Both the position numbers and the translations under genes were made by a program. This document shows, piece by piece, positions 1-8,391 of a stretch of 64,000 nt of DNA. Origin of the DNA: Lachnospiraceae bacterium (GTDB lineage Bacteria; Bacillota; Clostridia; Lachnospirales; Lachnospiraceae); the NCBI GenBank assembly GCA_021203465.1, contig JAJQBC010000005.1, positions 7,866 through 71,865 on the forward strand. The letters are read 5' to 3'. Below the pieces are notes generated by a model. The model saw only the letters and a program-made list of their open reading frames with translations. It did no database searches and was not told where the DNA came from. The first letter of the stretch is position 1, and every line of letters starts with the position of its first letter.

Positions 1-473
1 TGCATTTCAGGATAATCACTTTTTATGATAGATTCCATAATCACCCAATATTTATCCTGTCTGGAATCTGGCAGATTTTTGTATAAATATCCGGCGTCAG
101 GATACTTAACAGCCGGAAAGGCCATGATAATTTTGTGTTTTTGGAGGATATCATGAATCCTGTCTGCTGAGAGAATGTCATTCTTAATAGATGTCCTTCC
201 CCCACGATAATCAAAGAAATATCTTCTGTAATGACATAATCCAATATACTTTATATCAGAGGAGAGATTTTTCCATCCCCAATATTGTGCAGTCAGTTCA
301 CAATAATATGGATTTTCATTCGAGATATTATCATCAATGTTATCACGTAGATAACCCAGTTCGTCGGCTCGTTTGTCTGAAATCATATTGCCAACCTTTA
401 TAACACGATAGCAATCAGGAACAATCGAGTCGTCAAATTCTTTGTGTGTTACGCATAAAATTGTCGTGTCCAT
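1..473 (-). CDS. DUF4422-like exopolysaccharide glycosyltransferase, C-terminal part lies outside the window
   Basis: Not in the ORF track because it runs off the window. My minus-strand translation from the ATG at 473-471 reads MDTTILCVTHKEFDDSIVPDCYRVIKVGN...NENPYYCELTAQYWGWKNL...LCHYRRYF and stays open to position 1. The ATG overlaps the TGA of the upstream wzy-like gene by 1 nt. CTHK and ENxxYCELTxxYWxWKN are what I remember as the DUF4422 signature. Confidence 0.55.
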   Translation of the reverse strand, partial: MDTTILCVTHKEFDDSIVPDCYRVIKVGNMISDKRADELGYLRDNIDDNISNENPYYCELTAQYWGWKNLSSDIKYIGLCHYRRYFFDYRGGRTSIKNDILSADRIHDILQKHKIIMAFPAVKYPDAGYLYKNLPDSRQDKYWVIMESIIKSDYPEM

Positions 474-1768
474 CAATCACAATCTCCACAGGATGTTATT
501 ATTTTTCTGTCTACTTTATGCTCTTGAACTATTGAAGCTTCTGTAAGGATCATCAGAATAAATATATACATAACGCGGGAAGAATCCATAAAGCTTAAGT
601 TTATTAACGTTATGACAAGATAAAGTATGCACCACTTTATTATGGTTGTCTCATTATTGTCATTTTTGCGGATTTTCTGAAGTGTAGATTTCAGGAAAAC
701 GATCACCCACAGCAACCCACATATTCCAAACGTAACCAGTAGTCCTATAAGCCCTACATCAGATCGATAATACTGACCTGTCGGGCCGTACATTAACTCA
801 GAACCTGCAATCCCCTTACGAGCACTCAATAATCCCATTCCCAATATGGGATGGTTCAGAAATTGATTAATATAAAAAGACATTGTCTGAAAACGAATCA
901 TGATGCCCGTATCGCTGCTAACATACGCTGCTGCAGCATATGCGAAGGTGTCTTTTGAGGCTAAGGCCCCCACTACACAAGCTATTATTCCAATGACTAA
1001 CAAAAACTTTTTCCACGATCTGGTTCTTTTCTCAAACATATAGCACATTAACAGAGTCGCAATGAGATATAATAATACGGTGCGTGTCTTTACTATTAAG
1101 ATGAGTTGAAGCATGCCTAAGATAAGATTTATGATATCCTTCTTCCTATATTGACTTCTCATGACTCGGACTGCGGAAATAATGATACCAAAAGGTAATA
1201 CCATTCCGCCTACTGAAAAGCGTATTGTCCCATATCGAAAATTCTGAGCTGAGCTGTCATCCAGGAGCAGAATATTTTTTCCTGCAAATGTATATAAGAA
1301 AAATGCGATAAAAGCAACAATGGAAGAAATAATTGCAACGTTGATCAAAACATTTGCGACTTCATCAAAACAGATCCTGTCCTTGAACTGTAAATAAGCC
1401 TGATAAGAAACGAAAGGCACAATGTAATAAAATGCTTCTTTAAGAGTCAGAATGATCGGCTGGTGATATTGTGAATAAGTCCAGAGGATCTCCGCAACAA
1501 TCAGAAGGAGTAGCATAAACCAAATGCCAGTAAATTCACCACTTATATGAAATTTACCATTACGTGATATAGCCAGGACAAGAGAGAGTATTGAAGCCAA
1601 AAACACCAAAATGTAAAGATAATCATTGGAATACAATCTGTCTCCCAATGGCAGGTATTGATAGAAACCAAAAAAATTTGTCATACAGACAAATACTAAT
1701 GCCAAGAATACTTTGTAAATTTTAACTCCTTTTTCTTGCATCCTGATTCCCATCCATAGTTTTTCCAA
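473..1768 (-). CDS. Wzy-like O-antigen/EPS polymerase, multi-pass membrane protein
   Basis: 431-aa ORF with a TTG start, many hydrophobic segments and one large loop. It is embedded among glycosyltransferases and is AT-rich like its neighbours. The call rests on architecture and context only. Confidence 0.55.
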   Translation of the reverse strand: MEKLWMGIRMQEKGVKIYKVFLALVFVCMTNFFGFYQYLPLGDRLYSNDYLYILVFLASILSLVLAISRNGKFHISGEFTGIWFMLLLLIVAEILWTYSQYHQPIILTLKEAFYYIVPFVSYQAYLQFKDRICFDEVANVLINVAIISSIVAFIAFFLYTFAGKNILLLDDSSAQNFRYGTIRFSVGGMVLPFGIIISAVRVMRSQYRKKDIINLILGMLQLILIVKTRTVLLYLIATLLMCYMFEKRTRSWKKFLLVIGIIACVVGALASKDTFAYAAAAYVSSDTGIMIRFQTMSFYINQFLNHPILGMGLLSARKGIAGSELMYGPTGQYYRSDVGLIGLLVTFGICGLLWVIVFLKSTLQKIRKNDNNETTIIKWCILYLVITLINLSFMDSSRVMYIFILMILTEASIVQEHKVDRKIITSCGDCD

Positions 1769-2624
1769 TCTCTTTTCTCAGGAAGGCTTTCAGCCCCCGT
1801 CTATAGTTTTTAAAGTACAGTTCCTTTTTAATACAGCGGAATAAAAACTGTACCGTACAGTATGTGTATGCGGCTAAACGGTTTGTGCCTTCATAATGCA
1901 ACCAAATCAAATAATACTTATTTCGTACAGAATAATACTGACTCAACGTTGATCTTGCTCCGGTAGTGGCGCTGACCTTGTGGTAGATAAGCGAACTTGG
2001 AACGAAATGAATTTCAAAACCAGCTTTGACCACTCTCAGACAGTATTCTGCATCCTCCTCATATAGAAAAAAGTCTTCATTCAGTACACCTACCGTATCA
2101 ACAACCCGGCGTGCTATACACAGACAACATCCGCTGGCAAATGATACTTTGCAAGAGGAAAGATTAGAATCAGAGAGGATTTCATTATAATGATAGTGCT
2201 CTGTACGCCCGGTTCGAGGATTTAAACTTCCCCCGGCGTACCATATTTTATCAGGCTCTGAATAATATCTGATTTGTGGAGTGGTAATGCCACAATCTTT
2301 ACCGGACTCAAAGCCTTTCAGCAACTTTTTCAGGAAATCTGCTTCGACTATCGTATCATTATTCAAAAGAAGATAGTAATCTGCATTTTCAGCATACCTT
2401 ATTCCAATGTTATTTCCAGCCGAAAACCCTCTGTTTGTATCTGACTGAAGTAAAGTAAAGGGGTAGGATTCTCTGTATTTTTGCAGACGTTGTATAGAAT
2501 CATCCGTACTGCAATTGTCCACAACAATGATTTCAAACTCCACATTGTGTATAGCCGAGAGACTCTTGAGGCAACTGATCGTATCTGCAGCGCCATTATA
2601 ATTAACCAAAATGACCACAACCAT
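1722..2624 (-). CDS. family 2 glycosyltransferase
   Basis: VVILVNYNGAADTISCLKSL, VVDNCSTDDS, NRGFSAGNNIG, LLLNNDT and YEEDAEYCLR form a typical GT2 (GT-A fold) motif set. Confidence 0.85.
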   Translation of the reverse strand: MVVVILVNYNGAADTISCLKSLSAIHNVEFEIIVVDNCSTDDSIQRLQKYRESYPFTLLQSDTNRGFSAGNNIGIRYAENADYYLLLNNDTIVEADFLKKLLKGFESGKDCGITTPQIRYYSEPDKIWYAGGSLNPRTGRTEHYHYNEILSDSNLSSCKVSFASGCCLCIARRVVDTVGVLNEDFFLYEEDAEYCLRVVKAGFEIHFVPSSLIYHKVSATTGARSTLSQYYSVRNKYYLIWLHYEGTNRLAAYTYCTVQFLFRCIKKELYFKNYRRGLKAFLRKEIGKTMDGNQDARKRS

Positions 2625-2636
2625 TAAGTTCTCTTT

Positions 2637-3287
2637 CTAATTTCCAAAAAAATGTTCCTCGAGCATCATGCACCAGCAGTGATAAATGGGAAGATGAAGT
2701 TCCTGAATTCGATAGGTTTCTGTTTCTGGCACTATAACGGAGACATTTGAGGCTTTCGCCAGTTCTCCCCCATCGGCCCCAGTGAGCCCTATCACTTTAA
2801 CTCCACTGGCTCTTGCTACAACAGTGGCATTGAGGATATTTTTGCTGTTTCCTGAGGTCGAAATACCCAGAAATACATCACCGGCACGCCCATAACCCAG
2901 GAGTTGTTGTGCAAACACACCCAGACCATCCACATCATTAATATAAGCAGTGGTTAAAGCCTCATGAGCCACAAGTGGAATTGCCATAAGTGGCTGTTCA
3001 AGATTATCTGCAAGCGCCGCTCCACGTTCCATATCCACAGAGATTAACTTCTTTCTCATTTCAGGGCTTACTGGACGGGAAAGTTTAAAGCGCTTCATCA
3101 GTTCTCCGGCAATATGTTCAGAGTCCGCAGCGGAACCTCCATTGCCTGCAATTAACAACTTGCCGTCATGGAGATAGCATTCCTCCATAATCAAATATGC
3201 CTGCTCAATATCCTGCCGGATAGGAGTTAATATAGGATAGCGACTTAACAGGAGTTCTATATGCTTTTCCAGCTTCGAATCAAGCAT
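2637..3287 (-). CDS. gmhA: phosphoheptose isomerase (SIS domain)
   Basis: LLIAGNGGSAADSEHIAGEL and GISTSGNSKNI are SIS motifs. The 216-aa length fits, and the gene is adjacent to the heptose kinase and phosphatase/nucleotidyltransferase genes. Confidence 0.85.
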   Translation of the reverse strand: MLDSKLEKHIELLLSRYPILTPIRQDIEQAYLIMEECYLHDGKLLIAGNGGSAADSEHIAGELMKRFKLSRPVSPEMRKKLISVDMERGAALADNLEQPLMAIPLVAHEALTTAYINDVDGLGVFAQQLLGYGRAGDVFLGISTSGNSKNILNATVVARASGVKVIGLTGADGGELAKASNVSVIVPETETYRIQELHLPIYHCWCMMLEEHFFGN

Positions 3288-4596
3288 ATGTATTTCCTCC
3301 AGTCATCGCATATATTTTATTTATGGCATCCTGCAGCGAGTTTGCTGTCAGATCCTGATCATATTTCTGAGTCCCGATTAGCGCTGTTTTGCATCCTGCT
3401 GCTTTGCCTGCTTTTATATCGCTTTCTCGATCACCGATCATCCAGGATTGAGACAGGTCAATGTGGAGATCTTTTGCTGCTTTTAGCAATAATCCAGGTT
3501 TGGGTTTATGACAATCACAATCTACCTTCAATTCCGGCACTTCTCCTGCATAGCCTTTATCCGGGTGATGTGGGCAAAAATAGATACCATTCAAATAAGC
3601 TCCTTCATCTCCCAGCAGAGTTTCCATTTTCTGGTGAATTCTCTCGAGCTCTTCCCATGTCACTTCTCCCCTGGCAATCACGGGCTGATTAGTGATGACG
3701 ATGGCAAGGTATTCGCTGTTATTTATTTTTTTTATAGCCTGAGCCGTTCCTTCTATCAATTCGAATTCGTCAGGTTTTCTCAGGAAACCCACATATTTGT
3801 TGATGGTGCCGTCCCTGTCCAGAAAAATAGCTTTTTGCTTCTGCTTGAGATTTTTTGCTTTAATGACTCCATCCTGAAAATCTTTACATACAGCCTTATA
3901 TCTGTCGGGAGTCCCCATATCCTTGACATATTCAGGACTGTCATATGCGAACATCTTCCCGGTTCCCGCTAGTGGCTTTAATAACTGTTTGTCCAGATCA
4001 ATTTGGGGAGAGTCCACATTTATATCCAGGATTGCCGGAGATATTACATGAATACCTGCATTTACCCTGTTTTGGTAGAATTCTGGGCGTTTTTCCGATT
4101 TTTCTATCCAGTGTCGAACAGCTTTAGTGTCAGAATCTGTAACGATCAGGCTGCTGTCATATGGATGATCATTGGGGTGTGTAAATATTGTAACCAGTCC
4201 GCCTTTGTCTTCGTGATATTTCACCATGCGGTGAAAATCTATATCAAAGACTACATCTGCATTTAATAGAAGAAATTTTTCTGTGAGCTTATCTTTCAGT
4301 CTGAACAATGCGCCCGCATTTCCAAGAGGTGTATTTTCAACATAATATTCAATGTGAACGCCAAAAGGCTGACCGGTAATGGGAGAATTTTTTTCCCCAT
4401 TTCCGAAATATTCACTAATAATATGTCCGAGATGTCCAACAGTAATAATCAGATCATCAAATCCTTGATTTTTCAGACACTGGATTTCTCGCTCCAGAAC
4501 CGGGATGCCATCAATAGGGATCATCGGTTTCGGAATATCACTGGCTACGGAAGAAATCCTTGTTCCTTTACCGCCGGCCATAATCACAGTTTTCAT
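3280..4596 (-). CDS. fused D-glycero-D-manno-heptose 1-phosphate nucleotidyltransferase (HddC-like) and heptose 1,7-bisphosphate phosphatase (GmhB-like)
   Basis: The N-terminal half carries MAGGKGTRI...PKPMIPI...GNAGALF (sugar-1-P nucleotidyltransferase). The C-terminal half carries FLDRDGTIN (HAD motif I), ITNQP, GDRESDIKAG and CPHHP...CDCHKP (GmhB zinc loop). Confidence 0.8.
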   Translation of the reverse strand: MKTVIMAGGKGTRISSVASDIPKPMIPIDGIPVLEREIQCLKNQGFDDLIITVGHLGHIISEYFGNGEKNSPITGQPFGVHIEYYVENTPLGNAGALFRLKDKLTEKFLLLNADVVFDIDFHRMVKYHEDKGGLVTIFTHPNDHPYDSSLIVTDSDTKAVRHWIEKSEKRPEFYQNRVNAGIHVISPAILDINVDSPQIDLDKQLLKPLAGTGKMFAYDSPEYVKDMGTPDRYKAVCKDFQDGVIKAKNLKQKQKAIFLDRDGTINKYVGFLRKPDEFELIEGTAQAIKKINNSEYLAIVITNQPVIARGEVTWEELERIHQKMETLLGDEGAYLNGIYFCPHHPDKGYAGEVPELKVDCDCHKPKPGLLLKAAKDLHIDLSQSWMIGDRESDIKAGKAAGCKTALIGTQKYDQDLTANSLQDAINKIYAMTGGNTYA

Positions 4597-4624
4597 ATTT
4601 TACTGGATCCTTTCCGTAGATTAT

Positions 4625-5623
4625 TCAACGAGGACTGTACGATTCAGGACTATAATAGATTACTCTTGTCCCACTGTTTTCAAACTTGAATGGAATATAC
4701 AGCAGCTCTTTCATTGCATCCATAACCGCACCTTTGTATTCCGGCTGAACATAAAATAACAAGAAACCTCCACCGCCTGCTCCAAGAAGCTTTCCACCTA
4801 ATGCTCCGGCTTTCTTGCCGCAATCATATAAAGCATCGATATTGTTTGTAGAAATAGAGGCGCCCGTTTGTTTTTTCAAATTCCATGTTTGATCCAACAG
4901 CCGGCCAAATTCATCAAGATCCGACGAAGAATTTCTTAGTACTTTCTCTGCTTCATCCACAAGCGACTGCATTTCCTGTAATTGTTTTCTTTTTTCCGGA
5001 GCGGAAACACGATTGAGATTGTGCAGGCTGGAAGAAAATCGCGTAAAACCAGTGAAAAACAATAATAGATTATTATTTAACTGCTGCTTCCTCTCAGGAG
5101 ATATAATGACAGGCATCACCTCATAACCATCCGGGCCAAAATTAATACGATTAAAGCCGCCAAAAGACGCTTCTATTTGATCCTGCCAGCCTCCAGCTTC
5201 ATCGCAGAGGATACGTTCCAGATAGATCGCTTCATCAGCTAATTTTTTCTTGTCCGCATATTTTCCTTTCAGAGCATAAAACGCGTTTAACATGCCAACC
5301 GCAAAGGAACTGCTTGTCCCCAGCCCGGAACGGGCAGGGAGGTCTGCTTCATAAGTCAGGCGTATCTCATGCATATCCAGCATTTTCATTGCGTTTCTGA
5401 TGGCCGGATGCTGTATATCGTCAGTATTAGTAACCCTTTCTGTTACTGAATATGACAATTCTGTACTATAATCAAAAAAGCGGGGCAGGTGACGAACATT
5501 GACATAACAATACTTGTCAAATGTAGTAGCTAATACCGCTCCGCCGTTTTCTCTAAAATAGTCTTCTATATCTGTTCCTCCGCCAAAAAATGACATACGG
5601 AACGGTGTCTTTGTAATGATCAT
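4625..5623 (-). CDS. hddA: GHMP-family D-glycero-D-manno-heptose 7-phosphate kinase
   Basis: MIITKTPFRMSFFGGGTDI at the N-terminus, the GHMP motif PARSGLGTSSSFAVG, and GGGGFLLFY near the C-terminus. Confidence 0.8.
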   Translation of the reverse strand: MIITKTPFRMSFFGGGTDIEDYFRENGGAVLATTFDKYCYVNVRHLPRFFDYSTELSYSVTERVTNTDDIQHPAIRNAMKMLDMHEIRLTYEADLPARSGLGTSSSFAVGMLNAFYALKGKYADKKKLADEAIYLERILCDEAGGWQDQIEASFGGFNRINFGPDGYEVMPVIISPERKQQLNNNLLLFFTGFTRFSSSLHNLNRVSAPEKRKQLQEMQSLVDEAEKVLRNSSSDLDEFGRLLDQTWNLKKQTGASISTNNIDALYDCGKKAGALGGKLLGAGGGGFLLFYVQPEYKGAVMDAMKELLYIPFKFENSGTRVIYYSPESYSPR

Positions 5624-5629
5624 TATTCT

Positions 5630-6844
5630 TTAATTCCTGTTTAGAAATAGATTTTCATATTCGTTGGCAATAAACTGCCAGCTATAGTATTCTTGAATCT
5701 GACGACGAGCCCTGCAACCAAGAGCATTGATTTCGTTTTGCTTCATTTTATCAACATCATCAATCAAATGAGCCAAATCACCATCATTCGTTCCCCAATA
5801 GAGCGCACCGTCTGCGCCACACTCACGATTGAATCCCACATCAAAAACAAGATTTAAATCTGTACTGCCCAAGGCTTCAAGCAGGCTGGGATTTGTTCCT
5901 CCAACTTCGTGTCCGTGGATATATCCATAGGCATTTTCGCGAATTTTTTTTAGAAGTTGTCTGTCATAAACGGTTCCCACAAATTTTATACGAGAATCCT
6001 TTTTAAAATGAAGTTTTTCATCCAGTTTTTCCAGAAACTTGTTGTTCTCAGTTGTAATGATCGCGAAATCCTTCTTTGTATTGCTCTTCATAAATTCCCT
6101 GATCATAACCTCAAAATTATTTTCAGGGACAAAGCGCCCAACGCTAATATAGTATTCATGATCTTTCAGTTTCCAGTTTGCAAGCCACTCTTTGTACTGA
6201 GGGGCGTCATCCGCAATCTCCGAAGGCTCTATGTCAGAACCATATGCAATATATGTCGTCATTGGCTCGTACTTTCGATACTCGTCCTGTATATATTGTT
6301 CTATATGGCGATTATCACAGATAACCAAATTGCTATGCTTTACCATTCCACGTTCTGATAAGGCCCAATATTTGCGAACCAGAGAATTGTATTTCCTTCG
6401 CAATGATTCACGACCATCCGGATTATTCCAATATTTGCCCCCAGCATTATGAATTTTTCGTGCAAAATATCCCATGCAAAAACCCACACGTGAAGAAAGA
6501 ACATACACAATGGGATGTTCTATATTATTGTCTTTTATATAATTACAGCAATACTGCAGGGCTTTTATATCATATAAGATGGCTTGTGCCGTTCCCAGCT
6601 CTGGTGACATGATTTTAAAACAATGTGCATTGTGATATATATATTCTGTGTCAGACAAATATTTCACACCGGACAGTTTACTCTCGTCCGTCACTCCCTT
6701 TCCGTTTGCTTTACAGGCGATGTGATAGTGTATTCTTTTATTTTCTTGATGATATTCTGTAAGCTTATCCAAAAAAGTTTCATATCCACCATATACAAAG
6801 CCTTTTGCACCGATAATAAAAATATCACATGTTTCTTTAGACAT
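5630..6844 (-). CDS. GT4/GT1-type glycosyltransferase with a DUF1972-like N-terminal domain
   Basis: IFIIGAKGFVYGGYETFLDKL at the N-terminus and HGHEVGGTNPSLLEALG (GT-B EX7E region) at the C-terminus. It is the first gene after the long leader. Confidence 0.7.
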   Translation of the reverse strand: MSKETCDIFIIGAKGFVYGGYETFLDKLTEYHQENKRIHYHIACKANGKGVTDESKLSGVKYLSDTEYIYHNAHCFKIMSPELGTAQAILYDIKALQYCCNYIKDNNIEHPIVYVLSSRVGFCMGYFARKIHNAGGKYWNNPDGRESLRRKYNSLVRKYWALSERGMVKHSNLVICDNRHIEQYIQDEYRKYEPMTTYIAYGSDIEPSEIADDAPQYKEWLANWKLKDHEYYISVGRFVPENNFEVMIREFMKSNTKKDFAIITTENNKFLEKLDEKLHFKKDSRIKFVGTVYDRQLLKKIRENAYGYIHGHEVGGTNPSLLEALGSTDLNLVFDVGFNRECGADGALYWGTNDGDLAHLIDDVDKMKQNEINALGCRARRQIQEYYSWQFIANEYENLFLNRN

Positions 6845-7107
6845 TGTTTTATAATCTTCCTGGTATACTGATTTTTCTATTTAGTCTACTATTCCAATTC
6901 CCACGTTCAGTTGTTTCCGTTTCCGCTCGCGCGATATGTGGCTGCGCATCTTCGCTGTCTTGAGGTTTCCACTGCCAAGGCTAAGCTTCGCCATTCCGCC
7001 CGCGGATCCTCACCCCGCAGCCGGATTGCCCTCAGCACTATAACCGCCATATCTCCTGCAGCGCGGCGATGCGACGACTGCGCGGATCGGCTTTTATGAC
7101 GGTATGA

Positions 7108-7136
7108 ACAAAGAAAAATAGAAGTACCGCTACTTC
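7108..7136 (-). terminator. candidate intrinsic terminator inside the polysaccharide-operon leader
   Basis: Minus strand reads GGAAGTA-GCG-GTACTTC followed by TATTTTTCTTTGTT. The stem is short, so the call is tentative. Confidence 0.35.
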
Positions 7137-7167
7137 CATTCCCTGACTGCTCTTTGACCACTCTCCG

Positions 7168-7194
7168 GTTCGCTAAACCCGCCCTTTAGCGAAC
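7168..7194 (-). promoter_or_regulatory. 10-bp leader hairpin, candidate NusG-paralog recognition element
   Basis: Minus strand reads GTTCGCTAAA-GGGCGGG-TTTAGCGAAC, a perfect 10-bp stem about 50 nt downstream of the predicted transcription start. Confidence 0.3.
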
Positions 7195-7250
7195 TGCTTG
7201 TACTACAGTGTTCCCTGCGCTGCATGATTTCAAACTCATACAACGCATAT

Positions 7251-7279
7251 ATAATAACACCTTTTTCTGTGTGAGTCAA
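7251..7279 (-). promoter_or_regulatory. sigma-A-type promoter of the polysaccharide operon
   Basis: Minus strand reads TTGACT, a 17-nt spacer, then TATTAT. It lies about 400 nt upstream of the first glycosyltransferase ATG. Confidence 0.5.
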
Positions 7280-7393
7280 TTTTTTGTGCGTAGCTTTTTT
7301 TTACAGTTTTTTTGCCGATAAAACCTGTTTTTTCAATTGCGGATCAGCCCAGATTCAGCTCTTTAAACTCTCTTTGGATGTCGACTGGTGGCT

Positions 7394-7927
7394 CTAGCTG
7401 CTTCCGACTGTTTTCCGCACGATCTCCACACCCACCGTCGCGTCGATCACCTGACCAAACATCTCTACCTGAATCTTCGCCGTCCGCTTATGGCGATTGA
7501 TTTTTTTGATGCAGCCTTCCCGGCCCGCGAGCGGCCCCGAGGTGATCGTCACCCGGTCATTCTCGATAAAGCCTATCGACATGCCAACTACCTGCGTCTC
7601 CCCGCTGAAGCCACGGAGGAATTCGACTTCCGCCTCGCTTAAGGGCATGAAGCATTCCTTGTCCCCCAGAATTCGGGTCAGCTTTTTTACATTTCGAAGC
7701 GCCAGATACAGACTGTCGACCTGCTCCGTGACCACGAAAATATATCCCGGAAACAAAAGTTTTTTCTGCTTATGCCATTCTCCGGCGTACTTCCGCATTT
7801 CCTCATAATAGAAGACGAAGCATTTTCGAAGAAGCTCCTCCGGAATCTGCTTCCGGAGCATCTCCAGAGTATCTTCCTCAGTACCGGAAAGTACCTGTAT
7901 CACATACCACATTGCGTGTTTTTCCAC
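7394..7927 (-). CDS. NusG-family paralog (LoaP-like processive antiterminator)
   Basis: NGN-like N-terminus WYVIQVLSGTEEDTLEML...LFPGYIFV and a KOW motif GDRVTITSGPLAGREGCIKKI. The 177-aa length and the position at the head of a polysaccharide locus also fit. The start may be the GTG at 7927 or the ATG at 7912. Confidence 0.8.
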   Translation of the reverse strand: MEKHAMWYVIQVLSGTEEDTLEMLRKQIPEELLRKCFVFYYEEMRKYAGEWHKQKKLLFPGYIFVVTEQVDSLYLALRNVKKLTRILGDKECFMPLSEAEVEFLRGFSGETQVVGMSIGFIENDRVTITSGPLAGREGCIKKINRHKRTAKIQVEMFGQVIDATVGVEIVRKTVGSS

Positions 7928-8094
7928 ATTAATCTCCCACTTTCACACCACAAATCGTAAAGGAAAAAAAATTTATTTACGAAAACGACATTTTTTGACA
8001 TATATATCGTGGAAATTTTTGTCACTTTTGGTTAAAATTTCTGTATTGCCTGTTGATTGCAGGCAAAATACTATCTCGAGGGAGGTTAACCTCA

Positions 8095-8340
8095 ATGAAA
8101 AGAACCAATCTAAAATTAAACGTCTATGTGAGCGCATTCACCAGAAAGATCCGGCTGCGCAGGCACCTTTCGCAGGAACAGATGGCTGAGTTCCTGCACA
8201 TCTCTGTGAGATGTTATCAGACGTTTGAGAAAGGGCACTGTGGAATCGGCGGACAGACCATCTGCTGTCTGCTGATGCTGCTTTCCGAGGAAGAGCGGCG
8301 CGCCTTTGTCGACGGTCTCGCGACAGAAGTATGGCCCTGA
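8095..8340 (+). CDS. XRE-family helix-turn-helix regulator
   Basis: IRLRRHLSQEQMAEFLHISVRCYQTFEKG is a Cro/C1-type HTH. The ATG at 8095 is preceded by GGAGG at 8081-8085. The ORF-track start at 8053 is a TTG with no RBS. Confidence 0.7.
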   Translation: MKRTNLKLNVYVSAFTRKIRLRRHLSQEQMAEFLHISVRCYQTFEKGHCGIGGQTICCLLMLLSEEERRAFVDGLATEVWP

Positions 8341-8391
8341 TAAGAAGGCCGACCACAGCGAAGAGAGTCCCTTAAAGGGGCTCTCTTCGCT

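Noticed and set aside
6907-7161. 84-aa and 62-aa ORFs inside the polysaccharide-operon leader
   Set aside because: They are Arg/Ser/Ala-rich, have no RBS, and overlap each other on opposite strands within a region better explained as structured 5' leader RNA.
6845-7243. A riboswitch (for example c-di-GMP class I or II) in the long G+C-rich leader, or in the adhesin 5' UTR at 41110-41245
   Set aside because: I could not find the conserved core sequences I remember for GEMM-I, GEMM-II or other common classes. Without a covariance-model scan this remains unassigned rather than excluded.
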